This document shows positions 1 to 9,457 of a stretch of DNA of 64,000 bases, one piece after another. Under the pieces are notes generated by a model that did not search any database, had not been told where the DNA came from, and was given only the letters and a program-made list of their open reading frames with translations. This stretch comes from Alphaproteobacteria bacterium (GTDB lineage: Bacteria > Pseudomonadota > Alphaproteobacteria > Bin95). Numbering within the stretch: the stretch's first letter is position 1; every line of letters begins with the position of its first letter. The translations under genes were made by a program, and so were the position numbers. Location of the stretch: assembly GCA_965205265.1 (NCBI GenBank), contig CBDBGH010000003.1:4032001-4096000 (forward strand), read 5' to 3'.

Positions 1-2
1 GA

Positions 3-287
3 ACGCTACTGCCGGCGTTCGCGGAAATTGGCGATTGCGTCGGCCTCGACACGACCGTGGACCCAGACTGGGCGGCGCGCAGCATTCAGAATGCCGCGGC
101 GGTGCAGGGCAATCTCGACCCCGCGCTGCTGGTTGTGGGCGGGGAAGCCATGGAACGGGCCGCCGGCGGGATCCTGTCGGCACTCCGGCAGGGCCCGCAT
201 GTCTTCAATCTCGGTCACGGCGTCCTGCCGGTCACGCCGCCGGAGCATGTTGCCGCCTTGCGCCGGTTCGTGCGGGAGACGCCGTGA
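3..287 (+). CDS. hemE: uroporphyrinogen decarboxylase, C-terminal part (runs off window start)
   Basis: VQGNLDP and HVFNLGHG..P.TP.EHV motifs; directly upstream of hemH. Confidence 0.92.
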   Translation, partial: TLLPAFAEIGDCVGLDTTVDPDWAARSIQNAAAVQGNLDPALLVVGGEAMERAAGGILSALRQGPHVFNLGHGVLPVTPPEHVAALRRFVRETP

Positions 288-1300
288 GCCGGCTCGCCAT
301 CATCCTCTTCAACCTGGGCGGGCCCGACAGCCCGGAGGCCGTCAGGCCGTTCCTGCGCAACCTGTTTTCCGATCCCGCCATCCTGACGGTCCCGGCTCCC
401 GTCCGCTTTTTCCTGTCGCGCTTTATCGCCGGGCGGCGGGAAGCCCCGGCGCGCGCGGCCTATGAGCGGCTGGGCGGGGCCTCGCCGCTGCTGGCGCAGA
501 CCGAGGCGCAGGCCCGGGCGCTCGAAGCCGCATTGGAGGTGCGGGGACAGGAGGCGCGCTGCTTCATCGCGATGCGCTACTGGCATCCGCGCGCAGCGGC
601 GGCGCTTCCGGCGGTTCGCGACTACCGGCCGGACGAGATCGTGGCGCTGCCGCTCTATCCGCAGTTCTCGACCACCACTTCGGGCTCGTCGCTTGCCGAA
701 TGGCGGAAACTGGCCGGCGCGGACGAGACGTTGCGGGTCCTCTGCTGCCATCCCCTGCTGGAGGGCCTGGTGGAAGCCTGGGCGGGTCCTCTGGCCGAAG
801 CGATCCGCCGCGCGCGCGCCGCCGGCCCGGTCCGCGTGCTGTTCACCGCGCACGGCCTGCCGGAGCGGGTGATTGCGAAGGGCGACCCCTATGCGTGGCA
901 GGTGGAGCGGACGGCCGAAGCGATTCGCGCTGCGGCCGAGGCAAGGCTGGACTCCCTCGACGGCGTAGACTGGCGCGTGACCTGGCAGAGCCGGGCCACG
1001 CCGGAGAAATGGCTCGAGCCCGACACGGAGGCCGAGGTCGAGGCGGGCGCAAGGGAGGGTCTGGCGCTGGTGCTGGCGCCGATCGCATTCGTCTCCGAAC
1101 ACTCCGAGACGCTGGTGGAACTCGACATCGAATACAAGACCGTGGCGGAGCGCGCCGGCGCTGCCGCCTGGGAGCGTGTGGCGACGCCGGGCGCGGCCCC
1201 CTCCTATATCGAGGGCCTCGCAGATCTGGTACTCGACCGCCGGCCGCGAAAGCGCCTCTGTCCCGCGTCCTGCACAGGCTGCCCGGTCGCTGCCCGATGA
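284..1300 (+). CDS. hemH: ferrochelatase
   Basis: GTG at 284 overlaps hemE stop; LFNLGGP, LPLYPQFS.TT, LFTAHGLP, FVSEHSETL.ELDIEY motifs. Confidence 0.95.
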   Translation: MSRLAIILFNLGGPDSPEAVRPFLRNLFSDPAILTVPAPVRFFLSRFIAGRREAPARAAYERLGGASPLLAQTEAQARALEAALEVRGQEARCFIAMRYWHPRAAAALPAVRDYRPDEIVALPLYPQFSTTTSGSSLAEWRKLAGADETLRVLCCHPLLEGLVEAWAGPLAEAIRRARAAGPVRVLFTAHGLPERVIAKGDPYAWQVERTAEAIRAAAEARLDSLDGVDWRVTWQSRATPEKWLEPDTEAEVEAGAREGLALVLAPIAFVSEHSETLVELDIEYKTVAERAGAAAWERVATPGAAPSYIEGLADLVLDRRPRKRLCPASCTGCPVAAR

Positions 1301-1743
1301 GTTGGCTCTTCGCGCTCTACCCCTGGATCAAGGCGCTGCATATCGCGGCTGTCGTCTTCTGGATGGCCGGAATGCTCTATCTGCCGCGCCTCTTCGTCTA
1401 TCATCTGGAGACCGAGCCGGGCGCGGCGGACAGCGAGCGCTTCAAGGTGATGGAACGGCGCCTGCTCAGGGTCATCGTCAACCCGGCGATGATCGCGGCC
1501 TTCCTGTTCGGCGGTCTCCTGCTCTGGGTCTCGCCGAACATGGAGTGGGACTCCGGCTGGCTCTGGGGCAAGCTCGCCGGCGTGGCCGTATTGTCCTGGC
1601 TGCACCACGTCTTCGCACGCTGGCGCAAGCATCTCGACGAGGATGGCCGGAGCCTTTCCGCGCGCCGCTGCCGCCTCGCCAACGAAGCCCCGGCGCTGCT
1701 GACGCTCGCCATCGTCATCCTGGTCGTCGTCAAGCCGTTCTGA
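1297..1743 (+). CDS. hemJ: protoporphyrinogen oxidase HemJ
   Basis: WIKALHI..V.FWMAGMLYLPRLFVYH, MERRL, NE.P, VVVKPF C-terminus. Confidence 0.93.
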   Translation: MSWLFALYPWIKALHIAAVVFWMAGMLYLPRLFVYHLETEPGAADSERFKVMERRLLRVIVNPAMIAAFLFGGLLLWVSPNMEWDSGWLWGKLAGVAVLSWLHHVFARWRKHLDEDGRSLSARRCRLANEAPALLTLAIVILVVVKPF

Positions 1744-1786
1744 ATGTGGAAATCGGCAGTAGTATGGAGCCGCAGGAGGGTTCCGC

Positions 1787-3232
1787 ATGGCCGCTGACGA
1801 ACCGCGTTTCCTGATCGTGGCGATGGACGGGCTCCGGCCCGACATGATCTCGGAGGAAGCCTGCCCGGCGGTGGCGCGCTTCATCGCGGAGGGCTGCGTG
1901 TGGCCGCGGGCGCGGACCGTCTTCCCGAGCGAAACCCGCGTCGTCACGCCGACCGTCGCCACGGGCGCCTGGCCCGCCCGGCACGGACAGATCGCCAACA
2001 CCTTCCCGACGCCCGGCAACGGGCCGCTCATCAATACCGCACCGGTCGAGGGTCTGCTGGCGGCGGTCGAGCATTTCGGCGATGCGCTGATCGCCGCGCC
2101 CTCGCTCGGCGACCGGCTGGCAGCGGCGGGCAGGCGCTATGCCGTGGTCTCGTCCGGCACGGCCGGCAACGCCTATTGCCTCAACCCCCGCGCGCGGGGG
2201 CGGGAGCAGGCGGTCTTCTCGGTGCAGGGGCCCGAGATCAGCACGCCCGCGGCCGACCATGCCGGGATCGAGGAGCGACTGGGTCCGGTGCCCGCGCAGG
2301 CGCTTCCGAACAGCGAACGCTGCCGCTATGCGACCCGCGTGCTTCTGGAGGAAATGCTGCCGAAGCACGACCCGCATGTCGCCGTCATCTGGTATTCCGA
2401 GCCCGACATCGCCATGCACTATGCCGGCATCGGTTCGGACGCCTGCCGGGATGCGCTCGCCTGCGTGGATGCGGAATTCGCGCAATTGCTGGCGGTGCTG
2501 GAAGCCAGGCCCGACGCCGCCGATTGGAATGTCGTCCTGCTCTCCGACCACGGCCAGGTCACAATCCGCGAGAAGATCGACGTGGCGGCGGAAATGCGCG
2601 CCGCGGGCTTCCGCGCCGGGCCCCGCATCGACGCCGACACCGACTATGCGGTGGTCTCGTCCTCCTGCGGCAATGTCATGAGCCGCGACGGCCGGATCGC
2701 GAAGCTGGCGGACTGGATGCGCGAGCAGCCCTGGGCGGGGCTGCTGTTCGCGCGCGGCATGAACGAGGTCGAGGGCCATGTCGCCGGCAGCTTCTCGCTG
2801 GGGCTGGTGGGCCTCGACCATGAGCGCACGCCGCATCTCGTCTATACGCTCGGCCAGGACGACGAGCCCAACCGGTGGGGGTTCGCCGGCGGCGCGATCG
2901 CGGGGACGGGCGACTCGCCGCCGGTTGCCTTCGGCGGCATCCATGGCGGGCTGCATACGAAGGAGCTGTCCTGCTTGCTGGCGGCGCAGGGCCCGCATTT
3001 TCCCGCGGCCGCATGCGCGGAGGCCCCGGTGGGCCCCATCGACATTGCGCCGACCGTGCTCGCGGCCTTCGGCATCGCGCCGGCGGAGACGGTCGCCGGC
3101 GGGCCGCTGGTCCGGCCCGGCCTGCCGCAAAGCCGCGTCTTCGAGGCCGTCGCGGGCGGCTATGCGGCGCGCATCGAGATGCTGGAGATCGGCGCCCGGC
3201 GCTATCTGGACTCGGGCCGGCGGGCGAGCTGA
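1787..3232 (+). CDS. alkaline phosphatase superfamily / nucleotide pyrophosphatase-phosphodiesterase
   Basis: DGLRPD, VFPSET, EPD..MH, LSDHG, GGIHGG, DIAPT motifs. Confidence 0.85.
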   Translation: MAADEPRFLIVAMDGLRPDMISEEACPAVARFIAEGCVWPRARTVFPSETRVVTPTVATGAWPARHGQIANTFPTPGNGPLINTAPVEGLLAAVEHFGDALIAAPSLGDRLAAAGRRYAVVSSGTAGNAYCLNPRARGREQAVFSVQGPEISTPAADHAGIEERLGPVPAQALPNSERCRYATRVLLEEMLPKHDPHVAVIWYSEPDIAMHYAGIGSDACRDALACVDAEFAQLLAVLEARPDAADWNVVLLSDHGQVTIREKIDVAAEMRAAGFRAGPRIDADTDYAVVSSSCGNVMSRDGRIAKLADWMREQPWAGLLFARGMNEVEGHVAGSFSLGLVGLDHERTPHLVYTLGQDDEPNRWGFAGGAIAGTGDSPPVAFGGIHGGLHTKELSCLLAAQGPHFPAAACAEAPVGPIDIAPTVLAAFGIAPAETVAGGPLVRPGLPQSRVFEAVAGGYAARIEMLEIGARRYLDSGRRAS

Positions 3233-4044
3233 GCCTCGCGCCGGACGATGTAGAAGGTGGAGGCGAAAATCACCGCGCCGCCCGCCAGCGCCCAGACCGA
3301 GGGCGCCTCGTCGAAGATCAGCATGGCGACCAACACCATCATCGGCAGCCGGGTGAACTCCCAGGGCATCACCACGGTAAGGTCGGCGAGGGAAAGCGCG
3401 CGGACGAACGCCATGTGCCCGAGCGAGGCGACGCCGGCGAGCGCGAACAGCACGATCCAGGTCTCCCAGCCGGGCCACCGCCAGACGAACAGCGCCGGCG
3501 GCAGCGACAGCACGGCGATGATGGCGGAGGCCAGGAAAACGATGCGCTCCACCGGCTCCCGGTGCGCCAGCCGCTTGATGACCAGCGTCGAGGCGGCGAT
3601 CATCAAGGCGTTGGCGAAGGCGAGGCCGGCGCCGGCATTGAGGCCCGAGAAATCCGGGCGCAGCACCAGCATGGAGCCGAGGAAGCCGACCACGATGGCG
3701 GTCCAGCGCCGTGCGCGCACGGTCTCCCCCAGCACGAGCGCCGCGCCCGCAGTCGCGAAGAGCGGCATGGTGAAGGAGAGCGCGGTGACATCGGCGAGCG
3801 GCATGACGATGACCGCCCAGAAGCCGCAGATCATGCCGACCGTGCCGAAGGCGCCGCGCATCGCGTAGAGGCGCCAGGGGAAGCCCGGCCGCCGGAGCGC
3901 CGAGAGGTTCAGCCGGCGGAAGAACGGGGCCATGAAGGCCAGCACCAGCAGGTTGCGGAAGAAGACGATCTGGAACGGGTGCAGCTCGGTCGAAGCGAAG
4001 CGGATGCACACGCTCATGGCCGTAAACGCGGCCATCGCCGCCAT
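3202..4044 (-). CDS. DMT/EamA family transporter
   Basis: About 10 hydrophobic segments; FFRN, LGE.V..RRW, VLRP motifs; start uncertain. Confidence 0.85.
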   Translation of the reverse strand: MAAMAAFTAMSVCIRFASTELHPFQIVFFRNLLVLAFMAPFFRRLNLSALRRPGFPWRLYAMRGAFGTVGMICGFWAVIVMPLADVTALSFTMPLFATAGAALVLGETVRARRWTAIVVGFLGSMLVLRPDFSGLNAGAGLAFANALMIAASTLVIKRLAHREPVERIVFLASAIIAVLSLPPALFVWRWPGWETWIVLFALAGVASLGHMAFVRALSLADLTVVMPWEFTRLPMMVLVAMLIFDEAPSVWALAGGAVIFASTFYIVRREAQLARRPESR

Positions 4045-4094
4045 GGCCAGAATGCCGGCCCTGGCGATGGCCGGCAGATGGTTCCAGGCCGGGA

Positions 4095-4706
4095 TCAGCC
4101 GAATAGCGGGGACTCGTCCTCGACGGGTTCGGGGTCGAACTGGGGCCGCTCCGCAGCTTCGAGCGCCTCGCGCTCCTCGGCCGGCAGCTTGGCGCGCGCC
4201 TTGGCCGTTTCCTCGGCCAGGTCGATATAGGTGCAGAGCCCGAGATCGACCGGGTGCTGCGGTCGGATATTGCTGGTGTTCCAGTGCGTGCGCTCGCGCA
4301 CGGCCGTGATCGTGTTCTTGGTGGTGCCGATCAGCTTGCCGATCTGGGCGTCCGAGAGTTCCGCCCGGTTGCGGAGCAGCCAGGCGATCCCGTCCGGCTT
4401 GTCCTGGCGCTTGGAGACGGGCGTGTAGCGCGGGCCGCCGCTCCGCGCCGTGGCGCGCGGCGAATCCCGTTTCGCCATGACGAGCCGGCTGTCGGGCAGG
4501 GCTTCGCAGCGGGCGATCTCCTCGCGGGTGAGTTCATCGTGCGCAATCGGGTCGCGGCCGTTGATGCCGGCCCCGATATCGCCGTCCGCCAGCGCCTGCA
4601 CTTCCAGCGTGTGGAGGCTGCAAAACGCGCCGATCTGCTCGAAGGTCAGGCGCGTATTGTCGATCAGCCAGACCGCTGTCGCCTTCGGCATAAGGGGCAT
4701 GTCCAT
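4095..4706 (-). CDS. trcR: DUF1013 protein, alphaproteobacterial cell-cycle regulator TrcR
   Basis: PLMPKATAVWLIDNT.LTF.QI, RYTPVSKRQDKPD.IAWL, HWN..NI.P motifs. Confidence 0.85.
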   Translation of the reverse strand: MDMPLMPKATAVWLIDNTRLTFEQIGAFCSLHTLEVQALADGDIGAGINGRDPIAHDELTREEIARCEALPDSRLVMAKRDSPRATARSGGPRYTPVSKRQDKPDGIAWLLRNRAELSDAQIGKLIGTTKNTITAVRERTHWNTSNIRPQHPVDLGLCTYIDLAEETAKARAKLPAEEREALEAAERPQFDPEPVEDESPLFG

Positions 4707-4758
4707 GGGAGAGGCGCTTTCGGTTTCAGGGAAGATAACGAGTCAGAAATAGGATGTT

Positions 4759-5631
4759 TTACTTCGGTTGCAAAGGCCGGGACGGCAGGATCGGGCCGGG
4801 CGCCGCCTCGTCGAATTGCGGCAGATCGTCGGTAATCCTGTGCCAGGGGGCCATGGAGCCGGTGTAGATATGGCGGTCCACATCCCGCCCCGGATCGTCG
4901 TCCAGCGCCGCCATCGGCGTGACGGCGAGGCCGCGCTCCGGGGAACGCCGGGGAACGCCGGAGCCGCAGACGCGGCAGAAGGACACCGCGAAATGCCGGG
5001 CTTCCGGCAGTTTCCATTCCACCGCGAGTTCCTCGCCCCGGACAAAACGCAGGCCGTCGATCGGGGTGAAGCCGTTGGTGGCATGGGCCGCGGCGCGCGC
5101 CCTCTGGCAGCGCGAGCAATGGCAGTTGTGGACGCGCCCGAAGGGCTCCAGCACCTCCCAGACGATACCGCCGCAAAGGCAGCTTCCGGCCAGCCCCTCC
5201 ATGCCCTCCGGCCGGGCGCGCTCGATCTCGGGCAGCCCCTTGTTCGGCGGCCAGCCGTCGAAGCGGATGAGGTCGTCGGAAATCCTGTCCCAGGCCGGCG
5301 CCGAAGCGGCGAAGATATGGGCGTTCGGGCGCTTTCCGGGATCGTCGGCGAAGAGGCCGGCCGGCACGAACCAGCCCTCGGCCGGCGAGCGCCCCGGCAG
5401 GGAAGACCCGCAGGCGGCGCAGAAGGAGCGGTGGAAGCCCGGCGAGGACTCGTAGCGCCGGACCGCGCCTTCCCCGGCGGTCCAGCGGAAAGCCTCCTCG
5501 CGGACCCGCGCCATGGTCGCGAAGGCGGCGCCGTGATGCTTGCGGCACATCGAGCAGTGGCAATGGGAGAGGTCGCGCACAACGTCCACGGCGAAGCGCA
5601 CGGTCCCGCAAAGGCAGCGTCCCTCGATCAT
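4759..5631 (-). CDS. GFA family protein with two tandem Zn-binding domains
   Basis: Two copies of G.CLCG..., CHCS.C, FC..CGS. Confidence 0.85.
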   Translation of the reverse strand: MIEGRCLCGTVRFAVDVVRDLSHCHCSMCRKHHGAAFATMARVREEAFRWTAGEGAVRRYESSPGFHRSFCAACGSSLPGRSPAEGWFVPAGLFADDPGKRPNAHIFAASAPAWDRISDDLIRFDGWPPNKGLPEIERARPEGMEGLAGSCLCGGIVWEVLEPFGRVHNCHCSRCQRARAAAHATNGFTPIDGLRFVRGEELAVEWKLPEARHFAVSFCRVCGSGVPRRSPERGLAVTPMAALDDDPGRDVDRHIYTGSMAPWHRITDDLPQFDEAAPGPILPSRPLQPK

Positions 5632-5688
5632 ATCGGCCCTCCCGGCAAATCGGCGGCGAGCATAGCGCAAAACCGGGCGGGATTATTC

Positions 5689-5714
5689 CTTGCCAATACT
5701 TGCCAATTGGCGAT
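5689..5714. promoter_or_regulatory. probable parDE autoregulatory operator
   Basis: Tandem CTTGCCAAT copies and GCCAATTGGC palindrome just upstream of parD. Confidence 0.35.
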
Positions 5715-5725
5715 AGCATTGGGTC

Positions 5726-5965
5726 ATGACAACGATGAACATATCGCTTCCGGACACTCTGAAGGCGTTCGTGGACGATCAGGTCGGCGTGCGCGGCTAC
5801 AGCAGTTCGAGCGAATATGTCCGCGAATTGATCCGCAGGGAACAAGATCGCCAGAGCCTGCGTAACATGCTCCTCGAAGGAGCGACATCGCCGCTGGCGG
5901 TTACGGCCGATGCGGACTACTTCGACGGGGTGCGTCAGCGGATTCGCCGAGCAGCCCCCAGGTGA
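5726..5965 (+). CDS. parD: ParD-family (RHH) antitoxin
   Basis: MNISLP..LK.FVD.QV...GYSSSSEYVRELIR. Confidence 0.88.
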   Translation: MTTMNISLPDTLKAFVDDQVGVRGYSSSSEYVRELIRREQDRQSLRNMLLEGATSPLAVTADADYFDGVRQRIRRAAPR

Positions 5966-6291
5966 GCGTCAGGCCGGTCGTCCTGCGCGGGCGTGCACGG
6001 CGCGATTTCGACGATGCCGTAGAGTACTATCTAGAAGAGGCGGGGCCCGCGCTTGCGGAGGATTTCACAGACGCAGTCGAGCAAACGCTACGCCATATTG
6101 GCGAATCGCCGGCGACTGGTTCTCCTCGCTATGCGCACGAACTCGATATTCCCGGCTTGCGCTTCAGAATGGCTGGGAAGTTTCCGCATCTGGTGTTTTA
6201 CGTCGATAGAGATTCGGTCGTTGAAGTCTGGCGCATCCTGCATGGCTCAAGGGATATTCCGGCGCGGATGCAGGAGCCGGGCGAAGACTGA
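5962..6291 (+). CDS. parE: ParE/RelE-family toxin
   Basis: GTGA overlap with parD; A.RD...YY, P.TGS.RY, FPHLVFY, RILHG.RDI. Confidence 0.88.
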   Translation: MSVRPVVLRGRARRDFDDAVEYYLEEAGPALAEDFTDAVEQTLRHIGESPATGSPRYAHELDIPGLRFRMAGKFPHLVFYVDRDSVVEVWRILHGSRDIPARMQEPGED

Positions 6292-6341
6292 TTCGCAGTT
6301 CCCGCCATGCACAGCATGAGCGCGGCCCGGAGGGCGAGAGC

Positions 6342-7772
6342 ATGAGCAGCGAGACCACCGTCATCCGCAATGCGGCCTGGATCGCCGCCTGGGACGGCAG
6401 CGGGCACCGCTATCTGCGGGACGGGGACATCGCCTTTGCGGGCGACAGCATCGTCCAGGTGGGCGGGCGCTACGAAGGCGCGGCCGACCGGGTCGTGGAC
6501 GGTTCGCGCCGCTTCGCCATGCCGGGCCTCGTCAACCTGCATTCGCACCCCCACACCGAGCCCGCCTACAAGGGCGTGCGCGAGGACCACGGCGTGCCCG
6601 AGATGTACGACACCGGGCTCTATGAGCGCATGTGCGCCTTCACCCTCGATGCGGCCGGCCGCCGGGCGGGGATGGAGATGGCCTATGCCGAACTGCTGCT
6701 CTCCGGCGTCACCACCGCGGTCGATCTTTCGGGCCCGGTGGAAGGGTGGCTCGATTGCGCGGGACGGAGCGGGCTGCGGTTCTATATCGGCCCCTATTTC
6801 GCCGACGCCCGCTGGAAGATAGACGACCGCCGCCGCCTTCGCTTCGAGTGGGACGAGGCCGCGGGGCGGCGGTCCTTCGAGGCGGCGGTCCGCGTCATGG
6901 AGGAGGCGGAGCGGCATCCGGGCGGCCGGCTTCGCGGCATGGTCTTCCCGGGCCAGATCGAGACCTGCACCGAATCGACCCTGCGCGACGCGGCCGCCTT
7001 TGCGCGCCAGACCGGGCGTCCGCTCACCACCCACATTTCGCAGTCGAAGGTGGAGTTCCACGAGATCGTGCGCCGGCACGGCAAGACGCCGCTCGAATAT
7101 GCCGCCGACATCGGCTTCCTCGGCCCCGACGCCATTCTGGGACACGCCATCTTCATCGACGAGCATCCGGACATCCGCTGGCGCGGCGGTGCCGATCTCG
7201 GCCGCCTCGCCGATTCAGGGGCGTCGGTGGCGCATTGCCCCTCGCCCTTCGCGCGCTACGGCCAGGCGATGGACCATTTCGGGCGCTACCGGGCGTGCGG
7301 GGTCAATGTCGGGCTCGGCACCGACGTCGCCCCGCACAATCTCGCCGAGGAGATGCGGCTCGCCATCCTGCTGGCCCGCGTGATGGCGGCCGACTACCGC
7401 GCGGTGGATACGGCGGAGATGTTCCGCGCCGCCACGGTGGGCGGGGCGGATGCGCTCGGGCGCGCCGATCTCGGCAGGCTCGCGCCGGGTGCGAAGGCGG
7501 ACATCGTGCTGCTCGATCTCGACCATCCCGCCATGCGCCCGGCGCGCGACCCGCTGCGCACCTTCCTGTTCGAGGCGGCGGACCGGGCGGTCCGCGAGGT
7601 CTTCGTGGACGGCCGGCCCGCGGTCGAGGACGGCAAGCCGCTCCATCTCGACCCGGAAGGCGCCGCGGCGCAGCTCGAGGAGTCGCAGGCGCGGATGCTC
7701 GCGGAGGCGCCCGCGCGCGACTTCCTGGGCCGCGCGGGTGACGACATCGCGCCCCATTCGCTTCCCCTCTGA
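6342..7772 (+). CDS. amidohydrolase (cytosine/adenosine deaminase-like)
   Basis: PGLVNLHSH, GHA, GLGTD, G.LAPGAKAD motifs. Confidence 0.88.
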   Translation: MSSETTVIRNAAWIAAWDGSGHRYLRDGDIAFAGDSIVQVGGRYEGAADRVVDGSRRFAMPGLVNLHSHPHTEPAYKGVREDHGVPEMYDTGLYERMCAFTLDAAGRRAGMEMAYAELLLSGVTTAVDLSGPVEGWLDCAGRSGLRFYIGPYFADARWKIDDRRRLRFEWDEAAGRRSFEAAVRVMEEAERHPGGRLRGMVFPGQIETCTESTLRDAAAFARQTGRPLTTHISQSKVEFHEIVRRHGKTPLEYAADIGFLGPDAILGHAIFIDEHPDIRWRGGADLGRLADSGASVAHCPSPFARYGQAMDHFGRYRACGVNVGLGTDVAPHNLAEEMRLAILLARVMAADYRAVDTAEMFRAATVGGADALGRADLGRLAPGAKADIVLLDLDHPAMRPARDPLRTFLFEAADRAVREVFVDGRPAVEDGKPLHLDPEGAAAQLEESQARMLAEAPARDFLGRAGDDIAPHSLPL

Positions 7773-7796
7773 GCCGCTAGCAGCAGGACCGCCGCC

Positions 7797-8894
7797 ATGC
7801 CGACACCGCGCCCCAACCTCTCCATCGACGCCGAACGCCTCCGGGCCGCGCTCGACCGCTCCTCCGAGATCGGCGCCGGTCCCCGGGGCGGGCTGCGGCG
7901 CCTCGCGCTCTCCGACAGCGACGGGGAGATGCGCGACCAATTCGTGGATTGGTGCAAGGCCGCCGGCTGCCGGGTGACGGTGGACGCCGCGGGCAGCATC
8001 TTCGCCCGGCGCGCGGGCCGGGAGGACGGCCTGCCGCCGGTCATGATCGGCAGCCATCTCGACAGCCAGGCGTCGGGCGGACGCTTCGACGGGGTGCTGG
8101 GCGTGCTCGCCGGGCTGGAGGTCCTGCGCACGCTCGAGGACAACGGCATCGTCACGAAGCGGCCCGTCGAGGTCGTCAACTGGACCAATGAGGAGGGCGC
8201 GCGCTTCGCCCCGCCCATGGCCGCATCGCGGGTCTTCGCGGGCCTCGCGACCGTGGAGTGGCTGCACGACCTGACCGACGATGACGGCATGCGCTATGGC
8301 GACGAGCTCCGGCGGATCGGCTATCTGGGCGAAGCGCCGGTCGGGGGCCGCGAACTCGATTCCTATTTCGAGCTGCATATCGAGCAGGACTCCCTGCTGG
8401 AGGAAGCGGGCGTGTCGGTCGGCGTGGTGACTGGCGGCTATGCGAGCCATGCGCTCAACTGCGTCTTCCGCGGCGAGTGCGCCCATACCGGGCCGACAGA
8501 GATGAAGAAACGCCGGAATGCGATGATGGGCGCGGCCTATTTCCTCGCCGCCGTCAACGACATCGGCTGGGAGTACGAACCCGTGGGGCGCACCTCCGCC
8601 TCGCGGATGCAGATCTGGCCGAACCGCTTCGGCATCCTGCCGGAATACGCCGAGGTGACCGTGGACATGCGCCACACGGACCGCGCGGTGACCGACGAGA
8701 TGGTGGAGAAGACGCGCGCGGCGCTGGCGCGAGCCGCCGGGAGGGCGCAGGTCGAGGCTGAGGTCACCGCCGAGTGGACCTTCGGCGACGAGGCGTTCGA
8801 CCCCGAATGCACCGGCCTCGTGCGGCGGGCGGCCGAAGCGCGCGGCACCGCCTGCATGGACATGCGCAGCATCGCCGGCCACGACGCCTATTAC
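7797..8894 (+). pseudogene. M20 Zn-dependent hydrolase (N-carbamoylase / allantoate amidohydrolase type), 5' part, interrupted by insertion
   Basis: GSHLDSQ..GG.FDG, NEEGARF, FELHIEQ, AGHDAYY; then breaks off; remainder at 19839-19985. Confidence 0.9.
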
Positions 8895-9286
8895 CCGAAA
8901 TACGACAGAAGCTGGTTGCGGAGGTAGCACCGGTTCACATTGAGCGTTCCGGGTTTCCAGACATGCGCGTATCGCTCGAACACGGCCTCGGCTACGACCT
9001 CGAAGAGCATCTCCTCCGGCCGCACGGGTGCAGTCTCGCCCTTTCGGATTGCAGCGAGCGTCTCGATTGCATGGGACTTCGCCTCGGCGACGTTCGTGTT
9101 GGCGGCGTTGCCGATGAGTTTCCAGATGCGCTCGCCGCGATGCTGGCTCTGGATGAAAAAGCGTTTCCCGCCTGCGGGCAGGATGCGCACACCGAAGCCC
9201 CTGAGCCTGGCGTCCCGAACGTCATAGGCGGTCTTGCGCGGCCGCAACGCCTTGACGAGCGCGTCGGTTAGAGCGATCTTGGGCAT
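8895..9286 (-). pseudogene. tyrosine integrase N-terminal fragment (Arm DNA-binding domain), truncated at unit boundary
   Basis: LTDALVKAL, YDVRD..LRGFGVRI.P.G.K.F, IG......AEA; no catalytic domain. Confidence 0.8.
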
Positions 9287-9457
9287 GGTCTTCTCCCGGT
9301 TCCAGTGGCAATCGGGGAGCCGGAAGCTTCAACTCTGGCTCCGTGATCGCTACGTTTTCGGGAGATAAAACGACGCTATTTCAAATAGTTAGCACCGAAG
9401 GTGCGCTGTTGCGGTGTGACGATTTGGAATAGAGTCTCCCCAATCTACGGAGAGAAT

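Noticed and set aside
5670-6310. Mobile ends around parDE (GGCGGGA / TCCCGCC)
   Set aside because: Only a 7-bp inverted match in GC-rich DNA, with no target duplication.
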